In this document: positions 63,241 to 64,000 of the stretch, piece by piece
Layout: each line of letters starts with the position of its first letter
Numbering within the stretch: the stretch's first letter is position 1
NCBI GenBank assembly: GCA_965237855.1
Contig: CBDEGK010000004.1
Location: 179,305-243,304 of the forward strand
DNA length: 64,000 nucleotides
Direction of reading: 5' to 3'
Source: Halieaceae bacterium
GTDB lineage: Bacteria; Pseudomonadota; Gammaproteobacteria; Pseudomonadales; Halieaceae
The notes under the pieces: generated by a model
Database searches by the model: none
What the model saw: the letters and a program-made list of their open reading frames with translations, nothing else
What the model was told of the DNA's origin: nothing
Position numbers and translations under genes: made by a program

Positions 63241-63621
63241 TCAGCCCGGCATCTGACTCATGAACTGATTCATATCGAAGTAATCGCGCCATTTGCATAT
63301 CTTGCCATCACGCAGTTCGAACACGCCCATGACCGGTAACTCCACCCACTTGTCGCCGATCAGGAAACGATCTGTTCGCTCGTTCATGACGGTGCCATCG
63401 GCATTCTCCGCCTGGTGATGTACGACGAAATGAATCTCAGTGGCAGCCGCGGTGAAACCCTCGATAGTCGCACGGATCATGTCCTTGCCCACATTGGGGG
63501 GATCGATGGGAATGTTCACATACTCCGCATCATCGGTGAAACAGTCAACGACCGTCTCCAAGTCCAGGTTTGCCTGCCACAGGGAACAAAAGTGGCTCAC
63601 GATCTCCAAGTTACTCGCCAT
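63241..63621 (-). CDS. SnoaL-like / NTF2-fold protein (limonene-epoxide-hydrolase-like)
   Basis: 126 aa starting MASNLEIVSHFCSLWQ...DDAEYVNIP... Confidence 0.6.
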   Translation of the reverse strand: MASNLEIVSHFCSLWQANLDLETVVDCFTDDAEYVNIPIDPPNVGKDMIRATIEGFTAAATEIHFVVHHQAENADGTVMNERTDRFLIGDKWVELPVMGVFELRDGKICKWRDYFDMNQFMSQMPG

Positions 63622-63633
63622 ACTACTTCTCCT

Positions 63634-64000
63634 TTATCCGGCCTCGTCGGCCTCTACAATTTCGGTTTCTTCCAGGGCGGCGGCTATCCACTCCTGCATG
63701 GCCGAATCCGCGCGCAGCGTATCGGACCAGGCCTGTGCCACTGGCGGCAACTCAATCCCATAGGTGGGGAGGCGCATGGCCACCGGTGCATACATCACGT
63801 CGGCAATTGAAAACTCGCCAAACAGCCAGGGGCCCTTATCCGCGTGCGCATCCCGGCACTCCTGCCAGATCGAAAACACCCGTCCAATGTCCCGTTCCAG
63901 GCCCGCGGTCATTTCCACCTGGCGACCCGCAGCGCGTATGTTCATGGGCATGTCGTTGCGCAGCGCATTAAAGCCGGAGTGCATTTCCGCACAGATGGCA
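63634..64000 (-). CDS. glutathione S-transferase, C-terminal part (gene continues past the window end)
   Basis: ...GPWLFGEFSIADVMYAPVAMRLPTYGIELP... is a GST C-terminal domain. The frame is open to position 64000. Confidence 0.65.
   Translation of the reverse strand, partial: AICAEMHSGFNALRNDMPMNIRAAGRQVEMTAGLERDIGRVFSIWQECRDAHADKGPWLFGEFSIADVMYAPVAMRLPTYGIELPPVAQAWSDTLRADSAMQEWIAAALEETEIVEADEAG

Overview
This is a chromosomal segment of a gammaproteobacterium; the gene order resembles Pseudomonadales/Cellvibrionales-type marine aerobes, but that taxon call is inference only.

**Core DNA (1-45.5 kb and 58.1-64 kb).** These regions carry ordinary, tightly packed housekeeping genes:
- sixA (partial), gpsA, and htpG with a textbook sigma-32 promoter.
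- A WS/DGAT acyltransferase.
- The full TCA supercluster sdhCDAB-sucAB-lpdA-sucCD, divergent from gltA.
- A KAS III gene, a hisC-like aminotransferase, a DUF47/PhoU-like gene and a porin.
- A korAB 2-oxoacid:ferredoxin oxidoreductase operon with a fused FAD/Fe-S reductase.
- ligA-zipA-smc, then ttcA followed by the complete ccmABCDEFGHI operon.
- mdh, a TetR regulator and a YD-repeat lipoprotein.
- On the right side: an MliC-like lipoprotein, a LuxR-type regulator, and GFA, rarD, TSUP, MOSC, RidA, SnoaL-like and GST genes.

**Accessory block (about 45.7-58.0 kb).** This stretch is visibly more AT-rich. I read it as an integron-type gene-cassette array with no integrase anywhere in the window (CALIN-like).
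- It has four canonical attC sites. The R'' box of each is complementary to the first bases of its own cassette.
- The small ORFs are co-oriented. They include three paralogues of one membrane-anchored family, two paralogues of another, a PDZ-membrane protein, an MBL hydrolase, an AAC(3) acetyltransferase, an immunity-like protein and a crotonase-like protein.
- One MAPEG gene is inverted. An IS30-family element and a tRNA-Gly(CCC) gene are also present.

**Most interesting signal.** The array carries 11 copies of a bipartite ~90-100 bp repeat with hairpin and pseudoknot-like complementarity. It also carries 4-5 copies of a ~97 bp leader module that ends in the cassette core site. I cannot assign either to a known element class.

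All calls come from reading the sequence and the ORF translations. No database search was run.
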